A DNA stretch of 31,122 bases from IMG/VR virus record IMGVR_UViG_3300007231_000027, positions 1 through 31,122 of that record. One strand, 5' to 3'. The notes below the pieces were generated by a model, which saw only the letters and a list, made by a program, of their open reading frames with translations, made no database searches and was not told where the DNA came from. This document shows, one piece after another, positions 1 to 8,300 of this stretch (its first letter is position 1; each line of letters begins with the position of its first letter). The DNA comes from a virus. Its lineage: Duplodnaviria; Caudoviricetes. A program made the translations under genes and the position numbers.

Positions 1-1
1 T

Positions 2-1042
2 CAAACACAGAAGAAAAAACTACTAGAAGAAATTCAACGGCCACTAAATACTCGTAGCACTACAGTACAGTGGCTTAATAGACAAACTCGTGATGTTGCA
101 GAAGAACGGCTGTGGGACATCATGGTGCATAACATTCAATCGTACTACAATTTGATTGAATACGTAGGGAGTTTACCACATGAATTACGAATGGTTCGAC
201 TTGGCAGTGATGTCCTTCCTGTATACACTCAGCTTGACTGGAGTTATTATTGGAAACTACCTGCTGTGGTCGCATATTGTGAGAAGCATTTCGCAAGGGT
301 CGGCGAACTTGCAAGGCAGTTGGATGTACGGTTGTCTATGCATCCTGGTCAGTTTACTGTGCTTGCGTCAGATAATCCAGATATTGTTAACAGGAGCATA
401 GAAGAATTTGAATATCACACCGATGTCATCCGCTATATGGGTTACGGCAGACAATTCCAAGACTTTAAGTGCAACGTTCATATCTCAGGCAGAAACGGTC
501 CAGCCGGTATCAAAGCCGCGCTTAAACGCCTCTCACCGGAGGCAAGAAACACTATTACAATCGAAAACGACGAAAACAAGTGGGGCATCGAACACAGCCT
601 TGAACTTGCAGACGATCTCGCTTTGGTGCTAGATGTACATCACCACCTGTGCCGGGAAAACGAATACATACTACCAACCGACGATAGATTTAAACGCATA
701 GTAGATTCTTGGAGAGGTGTACGCCCTGCAATACATTACAGTTATAGTCGTGAAGAATGGGTAGGACATATTGATACCAATACTAAACCTGACTTTCCTA
801 CATTATTAGAGCAGGGATACAAGAAAGGTAAACTACGAGCTCATAGCGAGTATTATCCTAACAATGCTACAAATGACTGGGCTCTTAGCTTTTTGCCTTA
901 TACAGATATCATGTTAGAATCAAAATGCAAAAATCTAGCAATGATAGAACTGTATAAATATTACAAAGGAAACCAATATGAATTACCTAGCGAAAATGTA
1001 TGGTCGAAAGAAGCCAACAGCAGAGAGCTCGAGTTCGGATAA
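2..1042 (+). CDS. uvsE: UV damage endonuclease (UvsE/UvdE family), 5' truncated by the window edge
   Basis: The frame is open from base 2 (QTQKKKLLEEIQRPLNTRSTT...). It carries UvsE motifs RLGSDVLP, RLSMHPGQF, CNVHISG, TIENDE, LVLDVHHH, RAHS and DIMLESKCKNLA. Confidence 0.9.
   Translation, partial: QTQKKKLLEEIQRPLNTRSTTVQWLNRQTRDVAEERLWDIMVHNIQSYYNLIEYVGSLPHELRMVRLGSDVLPVYTQLDWSYYWKLPAVVAYCEKHFARVGELARQLDVRLSMHPGQFTVLASDNPDIVNRSIEEFEYHTDVIRYMGYGRQFQDFKCNVHISGRNGPAGIKAALKRLSPEARNTITIENDENKWGIEHSLELADDLALVLDVHHHLCRENEYILPTDDRFKRIVDSWRGVRPAIHYSYSREEWVGHIDTNTKPDFPTLLEQGYKKGKLRAHSEYYPNNATNDWALSFLPYTDIMLESKCKNLAMIELYKYYKGNQYELPSENVWSKEANSRELEFG
953..960 (+). promoter_or_regulatory. T4-type late promoter TATAAATA
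   Basis: Exact T4 late consensus, followed by AAGGA and the ATG at 978. It lies inside the uvsE 3' end. Confidence 0.65.
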
Positions 1043-1268
1043 GAATCCAAATCGTGTTAGCGGCGGATTAAAAGCACAAGGACAAGATCATCTTGTAATG
1101 GTTGCAGAAGACGGCTCTGAAAATAAAGTGCCCACGCAACGATATGTACAAAGCTTAGAAGACCAGTCGAGGAAACAACGAGCAGCAATAACTGTACTTG
1201 AACGCAAACTAACTCGTGTTGAAACATCAGTAGAACAACTTAAAGGAATGATAGGGAGAAATCAATGA
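978..1268 (+). CDS. Hypothetical phage protein with C-terminal coiled coil
   Basis: 96-aa ORF with an AAGGA ribosome site and a late promoter. Heptad-like C-terminus (VQSLEDQSRKQRAAITVLERKLTRVETSVEQL). Confidence 0.75.
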   Translation: MNYLAKMYGRKKPTAESSSSDKNPNRVSGGLKAQGQDHLVMVAEDGSENKVPTQRYVQSLEDQSRKQRAAITVLERKLTRVETSVEQLKGMIGRNQ

Positions 1269-1429
1269 TTAAGAATTGGATTAAAGAAAGACTAGAAGAG
1301 CGTACTTCATTAGACGGTGCAGTACTTATTGGCGTAGGACTAGTAATACTAATAGCAGGACCGTTTGCTAAACTAGCAGCATATGCAGCAATTGCATACG
1401 GTGCATGGACAATTTGGAGGGCTGAATAA
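1265..1429 (+). CDS. Small membrane protein, 54 aa (not in the ORF track)
   Basis: Translates as MIKNWIKERLEERTSLDGAVLIGVGLVILIAGPFAKLAAYAAIAYGAWTIWRAE. GGGAG ribosome site, ATGA overlap with the upstream stop, TAATG overlap with the downstream start, and a long hydrophobic stretch. Confidence 0.75.
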   Translation: MIKNWIKERLEERTSLDGAVLIGVGLVILIAGPFAKLAAYAAIAYGAWTIWRAE

Positions 1430-1899
1430 TGAAATGGTATAATCCGATTTCTTGGTTTGTCGCAATAGATGGTCCACGTGTGACACCTTTTGGCCAAGCA
1501 AAAGGCGCTCTTGCGTGGGCTAACGACATGTCCGCAGAAATAATAAAAGCTAAACAACTCGAAGCTAATGAAATTAGAGAAGCATCACTTCTTCGTCTTT
1601 CAGAAGGACGTAGGCCTCCGTATACAAAAGAAGAATGGTTGCCGTTGTTTATGGAAGAACATCCAAAACCAACTAAACGAGTTCTTGGCGGCATCGATCC
1701 TAACAAATACGACATGTGGGTAGAATCTGAATGGCAACGTAGATATGCTGACGAATGGGCATATTGGGACGAATACGACAGAGAAGCTGCCAGAGTAAAA
1801 GAACAGTTTGGCATGGATTACGAAGAATATCTAAAACGAGCTGAAGAAGGTCATAATATTGTCAATGATAAAAAGAAGTGGCAAAGAGGCTGGCGCTAG
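1429..1899 (+). CDS. Hypothetical protein (W/Y/E-rich)
   Basis: 156-aa ORF with a GGAGG ribosome site, translationally coupled through TAATG. No family motif recognised. Confidence 0.7.
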   Translation: MKWYNPISWFVAIDGPRVTPFGQAKGALAWANDMSAEIIKAKQLEANEIREASLLRLSEGRRPPYTKEEWLPLFMEEHPKPTKRVLGGIDPNKYDMWVESEWQRRYADEWAYWDEYDREAARVKEQFGMDYEEYLKRAEEGHNIVNDKKKWQRGWR

Positions 1900-1958
1900 T
1901 CAAGATGTAATAAATTGTAACATTGAACTAATATAGGTTGCAATATGTAATATATGTG

Positions 1959-1966
1959 TTTAAATA
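1959..1966 (+). promoter_or_regulatory. Putative late promoter TTTAAATA ahead of the monooxygenase cassette
   Basis: TAAATA core at 1961-1966, ending 27 nt before the ATG at 1993, a spacing similar to the other late promoters here. The region is AT-rich, so a chance match is possible. Confidence 0.4.
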
Positions 1967-1992
1967 GTAATAGTTCCCAGGAGAATTATTAT

Positions 1993-3276
1993 ATGAAATA
2001 TATTACAGCAGCACTAGCAGCGTTATTCCCACTTGTCCTATCAGCACAAACATACACTAACGAAGTAGCAAGTATCATCAACGATAATTGTGTAGTGTGT
2101 CATCGCGCAGGCGGCATTGGACCAATGAGCTTTGAAACATACGAGCAAGTAAGACCGTGGGCTCCTCTTATTCAAATGAGAGTAGCAAACAGAGAAATGC
2201 CTCCTTATGCTTACGATCACGGTATTGGTATACAGGACCTACAAGGTGATTGGCGACTTTCACAAAACGATATAGACACAGTTGTTGCGTGGGTAAATGC
2301 AGGCGCACAGTACGGCGATGCTGATATTGTAGTACAAGCACCGCCTTTACGAGATCCAGAAGCATGGAACTTTGAAGCAGACTTTGGCGCACCAGACGCA
2401 ATTATTCCTAGTGTGGCAATAGATATTCCTGCAAACGGAAACGATCTATGGCACAAGCATTTAGTACCAACAGGACTAACTGAAGACCGTTGTATTAAAG
2501 CAGTACAAGTAAAGCCCCGTGGCGATGCAAAAGCAGTAGTACATCACGCTAACTCAAGTATCATAACATCAGAAGGGCGTGAAGGCATGCTCACTGAGTA
2601 CGCCATGGGAAAGTGGGGAGAGATTGTGCCAGAAGGAGTATGTCGCACAATCCCAGCAGACGCACAAGTGTCATGGGACATTCACATGTTCCCAGGTGGA
2701 CTTGGCGCAATGGCTCCAGGAGCGGTTATCAAAGACAACGTGGTAGAGATTGGACTCTGGTTATATACCGAAGAGGAAAGCGCACAACTGAAATACAAAC
2801 AAGATTTGAGTTTGTATCGCCTTGGAGATCAGGACGATTTAGTTATCCCACCCAATGGATATGCAATGACTCAAGGCTTTCACAGTTTCGATCATCCTGT
2901 ACGTTTAGATAGTTTTCAACCGCATGGACACTTGCGTATGAACGCAGCAAGTTTGGAAATATTCTATCCACAAACAGGACGCACAGAACAGATTAGCCAA
3001 GTAAGCAACTGGAGCGCAACATGGCATCACAGTCATTTGTATGATCCAGACGTAGCACCACTCTTACCAGCAGGAGCAGTTATTGTTCTAAAGCAATGGT
3101 ATGACAACACAGCAGAAAATCCAAATAATCCAGATCCAGATATGTGGGTAATGGGAGGTTCAAGAACAGGAGACGAAATGACTCACGCTTGGCTTGCTAT
3201 TACACATTTAGACGATGAAGGATACAATAAACTAAAAGAGGAAAGGAATGGAAAAGTTAAAATTGCTAATAGATAA
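1993..3276 (+). CDS. Secreted cytochrome c / copper type II ascorbate-dependent monooxygenase (PHM/DBH-like), copy 1
   Basis: Start placed at ATG 1993 after a CAGGAG ribosome site. Signal peptide MKYITAALAALFPLVLSA-Q, heme c motif CVVCH, distal MPP, CuH ligands VVHHAN and DIHMF, CuM ligands PHGHLR and GDEM. Confidence 0.85.
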   Translation: MKYITAALAALFPLVLSAQTYTNEVASIINDNCVVCHRAGGIGPMSFETYEQVRPWAPLIQMRVANREMPPYAYDHGIGIQDLQGDWRLSQNDIDTVVAWVNAGAQYGDADIVVQAPPLRDPEAWNFEADFGAPDAIIPSVAIDIPANGNDLWHKHLVPTGLTEDRCIKAVQVKPRGDAKAVVHHANSSIITSEGREGMLTEYAMGKWGEIVPEGVCRTIPADAQVSWDIHMFPGGLGAMAPGAVIKDNVVEIGLWLYTEEESAQLKYKQDLSLYRLGDQDDLVIPPNGYAMTQGFHSFDHPVRLDSFQPHGHLRMNAASLEIFYPQTGRTEQISQVSNWSATWHHSHLYDPDVAPLLPAGAVIVLKQWYDNTAENPNNPDPDMWVMGGSRTGDEMTHAWLAITHLDDEGYNKLKEERNGKVKIANR

Positions 3277-3382
3277 TCGCGATGGTTTAGATCCCGATTC
3301 AGAAGAATATCAAGAACTAACTGAAGAGATTCAACTTTTGCAGAACGATTTAATAACAGTAGCAATCATAGGAGAAAATTAA
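3248..3382 (+). CDS. Small acidic helical protein, 44 aa (not in the ORF track)
   Basis: Translates as MEKLKLLIDNRDGLDPDSEEYQELTEEIQLLQNDLITVAIIGEN. Preceded by GAGGAAAGGA; its TAA overlaps the next ATG (TAATG) and it fills the gap between the two monooxygenases. Confidence 0.6.
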   Translation: MEKLKLLIDNRDGLDPDSEEYQELTEEIQLLQNDLITVAIIGEN

Positions 3383-4620
3383 TGACTAGACTAAACGCAG
3401 GAGCAATAACTTTTGGACTTATAGTTTTACTATTTGGTGCAAGAGCGCAAGCAGTAGAAATTGATTACGCAGAAAATGTAGCACCTATCTTTATAGAACA
3501 GTGTCAATCATGCCATAGAGAAGGCGGTATCGCTCCTTGGGCAATGACTGACTATAGAATGCTTCAAGCATTTGCACCTGCAATCAAAGAAGCAGTTACA
3601 ACATTAAGAATGCCACCCGGACAGATTGATCGCAAGTTTGCAAAAGATATTATAAATCATCGTACACTAAATGATTTAGAAATGGAAACTATTGTAAAAT
3701 GGGTCAATGCAGGAGCACCTGTTGAGGGCGATAGAGATCCTCTAACAGAAACTACTTACTCTACTTCGGAGTGGGTACATGGTCAACCTGATATGATTAT
3801 TGAAGTACCTGCACAAGAAATACCTGCAGGTCCTTCTGCTATTCCTTATCGTTATGTTGGAGTAGACTTAGGTCTTACAGAAGATAAATGGCTAAGAGGA
3901 TCAGAGTTCTTACCTTCAGAGCCTACTGTAATGCATCACATGCTCAACTCAGTAGCAGTTGCAGGCGAGCGCAACGGTAACATCTTAGGTACACAGGGCG
4001 GCGGTCAAGAAGAAATGAACAACGCTGCTATCAGTGCGTATGTTCCTGGTGGTGACCCTGATTACTATGATGAGAACACAGGCGGCTTACTACGAGCAGG
4101 TAGTAAAGTAAACTTGCAACTACACTACACGCCTGATGGCATACCTAGAACCGACAAAGCACGAATAGGTTTGTACTTCCACGATGAGGGAGTAGTACCA
4201 GAAGAGAGAATGGCAGGCGACTGTGCTTGTATCTTCCCTAACAACTGGACGCCTATTCCCCCATACGATCCTAACTTTGTACAGACAGCAGAGATTACAT
4301 TGAAAAATGATATCAGGTTGCATACATTCTTGCCACACATGCATTTTCGTGGTAAGAGCATGAAAGCAAAAGCAATCTATGCTGATGGAACTGAAGAAGA
4401 GTTGATTGATATTCCTCGTTACGATTACGCTTGGCAACTTTCATATACTTGGAGAGAGCCTAAGTTTATTCCTGCAGGAACTCGTTTGTTCGTAGAAGGC
4501 GCATTTGATAACTCAGCAGACAATCCAATGAATCCAGACCCAAGCAGACTAGTGCCTTGGGGACAGATGTCGGAAGATGAAATGTTCTTCGGAGCATTTA
4601 CTTGGAAGAATGTAGACTAG
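3382..4620 (+). CDS. Secreted cytochrome c / copper type II ascorbate-dependent monooxygenase (PHM/DBH-like), copy 2
   Basis: AGGAG ribosome site, signal peptide ending AQA-V, heme c motif CQSCH, MPP, CuH ligands VMHHML and LQLHY, CuM ligands PHMHFRG and EDEM. Confidence 0.85.
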   Translation: MTRLNAGAITFGLIVLLFGARAQAVEIDYAENVAPIFIEQCQSCHREGGIAPWAMTDYRMLQAFAPAIKEAVTTLRMPPGQIDRKFAKDIINHRTLNDLEMETIVKWVNAGAPVEGDRDPLTETTYSTSEWVHGQPDMIIEVPAQEIPAGPSAIPYRYVGVDLGLTEDKWLRGSEFLPSEPTVMHHMLNSVAVAGERNGNILGTQGGGQEEMNNAAISAYVPGGDPDYYDENTGGLLRAGSKVNLQLHYTPDGIPRTDKARIGLYFHDEGVVPEERMAGDCACIFPNNWTPIPPYDPNFVQTAEITLKNDIRLHTFLPHMHFRGKSMKAKAIYADGTEEELIDIPRYDYAWQLSYTWREPKFIPAGTRLFVEGAFDNSADNPMNPDPSRLVPWGQMSEDEMFFGAFTWKNVD

Positions 4621-4908
4621 TTATAGTTTACCAATAGGCGTAGTACTAGAAGCAGTCATATTCCATTTTTGCTTCTGTTCTACGCCTTTCTTTTGAGCAA
4701 AAACCTTACTATCACAGTTCTTACATACGTGAAAGTAGGAATTACTTAAACGTTTAGGATCCATACTACCTCTAGCACGTTCAAACTCTGCATCACAATT
4801 ATCACACCTAAATACGCAATGCGTTTGTTCACGCTTATAGGCATGTTCCTTGCCCATTTTGCTAGTACGCACATGCCGGGTTTGTTTTTTAAATTCTCTT
4901 ATAAACAT
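4621..4908 (-). CDS. Basic CxxC...CxxC (putative zinc-ribbon) phage protein
   Basis: Motifs CDNC and CKNC, K/R-rich. Start moved to MFIREFKK (4908), which lies just downstream of a reverse-strand TAAATA. It is the only convincing minus-strand gene in the window. Confidence 0.7.
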   Translation of the reverse strand: MFIREFKKQTRHVRTSKMGKEHAYKREQTHCVFRCDNCDAEFERARGSMDPKRLSNSYFHVCKNCDSKVFAQKKGVEQKQKWNMTASSTTPIGKL

Positions 4909-4913
4909 AAGTA

Positions 4914-4950
4914 TATTTAACATTAAGATTATAAAACGCAACGATAAATA
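4914..4950. promoter_or_regulatory. Divergent pair of late promoters (reverse TAAATA at 4914-4919, forward CGATAAATA at 4942-4950)
   Basis: Both motifs sit in the 63-nt gap between divergent genes and each points toward an ATG. Confidence 0.6.
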
Positions 4951-4971
4951 CTATCATAAGAAGGATCATTC

Positions 4972-5346
4972 ATGAGTATAGTTACACTAACAGACGCAGC
5001 AAAAGCACAAATTGATAGTATATGTCAAGAAAATGACAGTTATGCAGTTAGTCTCAACTTAAAAGGTGGCGGATGTGCAGGATTTGAATACGATTGGGCT
5101 ACTGTAGCAACAGAAGCAGATCTAGAAGCAAACGATATAGTTATTGATTCAACTACAGGTAAATTTGTAATCGGAGCAACAGCAGTAATGTACATGATAG
5201 GTACAGAGATAAATTACAAAAAAGATATAATGGGTGCAACTTTTGAAGTTAACAACCCTAACGCACAATCAGCGTGTGGTTGCGGCATAAGTGTAAACTT
5301 TGACGTAGACAAATTAGATAATTCATTAGCAATCCCAGCAATATAA
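4972..5346 (+). CDS. iscA: Iron-sulfur cluster assembly accessory protein (HesB/IscA/SufA A-type carrier)
   Basis: N-terminal LTDAA, KGGGCAGFEY and NPNAQSACGCGISV give all three conserved cysteines. AAGGA ribosome site. Confidence 0.92.
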   Translation: MSIVTLTDAAKAQIDSICQENDSYAVSLNLKGGGCAGFEYDWATVATEADLEANDIVIDSTTGKFVIGATAVMYMIGTEINYKKDIMGATFEVNNPNAQSACGCGISVNFDVDKLDNSLAIPAI

Positions 5347-5362
5347 AAACGGAGCAAGACAA

Positions 5363-8300
5363 ATGGCAAAGCAAGGTATAGACATTGGCATCGAAGGTAA
5401 TGACGGCACAGGCGATAGTATACGCGAGTCGTTTCGTAAAGTAAACGAAAACTTTCAAGAGCTATATGCAGTATTTGGTATCGGCGGACAAATTTCGTTT
5501 ACTGATCTTAATGATACTCCAAACACTTACGAAGGTAACGAAAACAAAGTTCCTCTAGTTAAGTCAGACGGTAGTGGATTAAACTTACTTGACTTTGCTT
5601 CAGACAATAGTCTTGACGGTACACCAGACACGATTGGCTTTGACTTTACTGTAGATGGTAAAGTAATTATTAAACAACTTGTGTCAAAAGTATCAAACGA
5701 CCCTGAGCCTATCTTAGGCGGACCTATGGATGCTGCTACACAGCCAATTGCAAATGTAAGTGTTACACAGGCTGCTATTGATACATTCAACTCAGTACAC
5801 GGCACAGACTTAACAACTGGTGCGCTTGTAATTGACAAAGCCTTTGCTGACAGAAACTATCAACAAAAAGATGTTGCAGGTGGCGGATTACGTTTAGGTG
5901 ACGAACCTGCTGATGCTAGTGGATATGTGTATACTGCTACAGGTGTAAGTTTAGGCAATCTTCAAATAGCTGCTCATGGACTAACAACAGCGTTCAATGG
6001 CGCCGGATTTATTTTTAATTCAACAGGCACTGATCCGTTTGGTGTTACAACAGGTAGTACTTATTATGTTAATATTGTTGATACAAATACTATTTCGTTA
6101 TATGCATCTGAAAGTGATGCTATTAACACAACTGGAAGAATACTATTAAGTGGCGGAACAGGTACATTCTCAATTACTGATGCGGCATACGATAGTGAAC
6201 TAGAAGGTTATTGGTTAGAAAATGTTGCTATTCCTCGCAAGAGTATTGTAAGACGTCAGGGCGATGATATGACAGGCGCTCTTAACTTGTTTGATCATCC
6301 AGGCGAACTACGTGGTACAGGTTTACCGAATGGCCCAGACGATTTACAAGCAGCAACAAAATTATATGTCGACAATGCAGCAGCGCAAAGTACAGTTAAC
6401 TTATATGTAAGTACAGCAGGCAACGACTTACAAACATTTACACCAGATGGTAAAGAAGGCAGAGCACCAGCATATGCATATCGCACAATTAATGCAGCAG
6501 CACGTAAAGCAGAAGAATTAATTATTGCTGCTCCGCCTGAGCCGGGTCCGTATATGCAGACTATGGAATATGTAGGAGGAGACACTGCATTAACAAACAC
6601 AGTTGGCATTGCTAGTCCGATTGCTGATCGTGCAAATGCTAGAGCAATCATTGTTGCTAACAAAGAATTTATTGCGAAAGAAGTCACAGGATACATTGAT
6701 GCAACTTTCCCTAACTTTGCAGGAACATACAGTTTAGAAATTTGTCAACGTGATGTTGAATTTATCTTAGATAGTGTTAGTTTAGATGCACTACTAGGCA
6801 ACAATGCTAACTATCTATCACGCTGGGCTGGCATACGTTACTACTCAAATGTTAGTGCGCAAAAAGCAATTGGCTCGCAGCGTGTAGAAACTATTGCTGG
6901 TATTACATATGCTAAAACAATTGTTACACAATATATTTTAGCAAATTTGGCAGTTCCAACAACATACCAAACTCGTGTACCCCAAGTTACAAACTTACCT
7001 TTGCCAGATTCAAGTGCTGATGAAGTAATCGGCAGCAAAATGGATGTTGTACTTGACGTTATCGACAACGGAGTACTAGATGCTCCACAAATTATTGACG
7101 GAACTACTAATTATAAAATTAATGTTAATAACGGAGGACTTGGATTTATTAACCAAGCCAATCCAGAAAACACAGACATTATTCCTGGTAAAGTTGTACG
7201 TGGTAAAAATTCAGGCGCAGTTGGAAGAATTATTGACTACAAATACGAATCAGGCCCAAGAGCAGTTAGTGTTGTAGGTACAGATGAGATTGAAATACAA
7301 CTACTTGAACCTATTGAATTTGTTGCAGGTGAAGAACTAGAGTACGGTAACTATGTACGTGAAACACAGATTTCAATTAGAGTTGAATCAGGTATTTACG
7401 AAGAAGATTATCCAATTCGTATTCCTGCAAACGTAAGTGTTAAAGGTGATGAATTTAGACGTTGTATTGTGCGTCCTAAGAAACGTATTTCACAATCACG
7501 CTGGGCAAACACATTCTTCTATCGTGATGCAGAATTTGATAATCTAGTATTAGGTAAATCAAATATTGAAACAGTTGCATTTGATGCACAAGCTGATGCA
7601 TCTAGAACACCAGGTACATACAGCGTAAGTTTATGGTCTACAGATAAATTTGGCAAAGATGCAGAATTTGATATTACTATTGCAGCCGGCGGCTCAGTAT
7701 CTGCTATTGTACCTACTAATGCAGGTACAGACTTCCAGCATGGTGAACGAGTAACTGTACTAGACGCACAACTAGGCGCCGGCGGCGCGAATAGCATTAC
7801 ATTTACAATTGCTAGTGTTCCCAACGGTATTGAATATATAAATCCGCTAACAGGCAGGGCAGATGGTTACTTTGGTTATCATTACTTAGATCAACCTGAG
7901 AAACTTAAAAATACAGGCGCTGGCTACGAAAATGTCGGAAAGTGGGAAACAAACGCACTTACACTTATTGACAACAAAGAGTTCATACAAGAGCAAGTTG
8001 TTAACTATATCGAAACTACATATCCTGCACTAGTTGGTAGTTATAGTAGAGCAAAATGCTTTAGAGACGTAGGCTTAATTGTTGATGGTCTTATAAAAGA
8101 TTTACGTAATGGCGGCAATGAGTTCTCACTAGAAGTCCAAGGCAACTATTATGCTGGTGCTGTTGAAGCAGGCACAGAAGATGAAACTGTTGCAGGTATA
8201 CAACATATCTATACAGTCGCAAGTAAACTAATAATTGGTGAAAATCCTACAACGCTTTATAATCAAGCAGGTGGCAGTGAAGGTGATAGACTTTATGCAG

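Noticed and set aside
1954-1992. Upstream ATG for monooxygenase copy 1 as given in the ORF track
   Set aside because: It has no ribosome site and would bury the signal peptide. ATG 1993 follows CAGGAG and yields a normal signal peptide.
1993-4620. Bacterial host contamination explaining the monooxygenases
   Set aside because: Considered unlikely because phage-type genes flank both sides with tight junctions and similar codon habits. Only read-level evidence could fully exclude a chimera.
4621-4908. HNH homing endonuclease or other mobile element
   Set aside because: There are two CxxC pairs but no HNH catalytic signature, and no flanking repeats or integrase.
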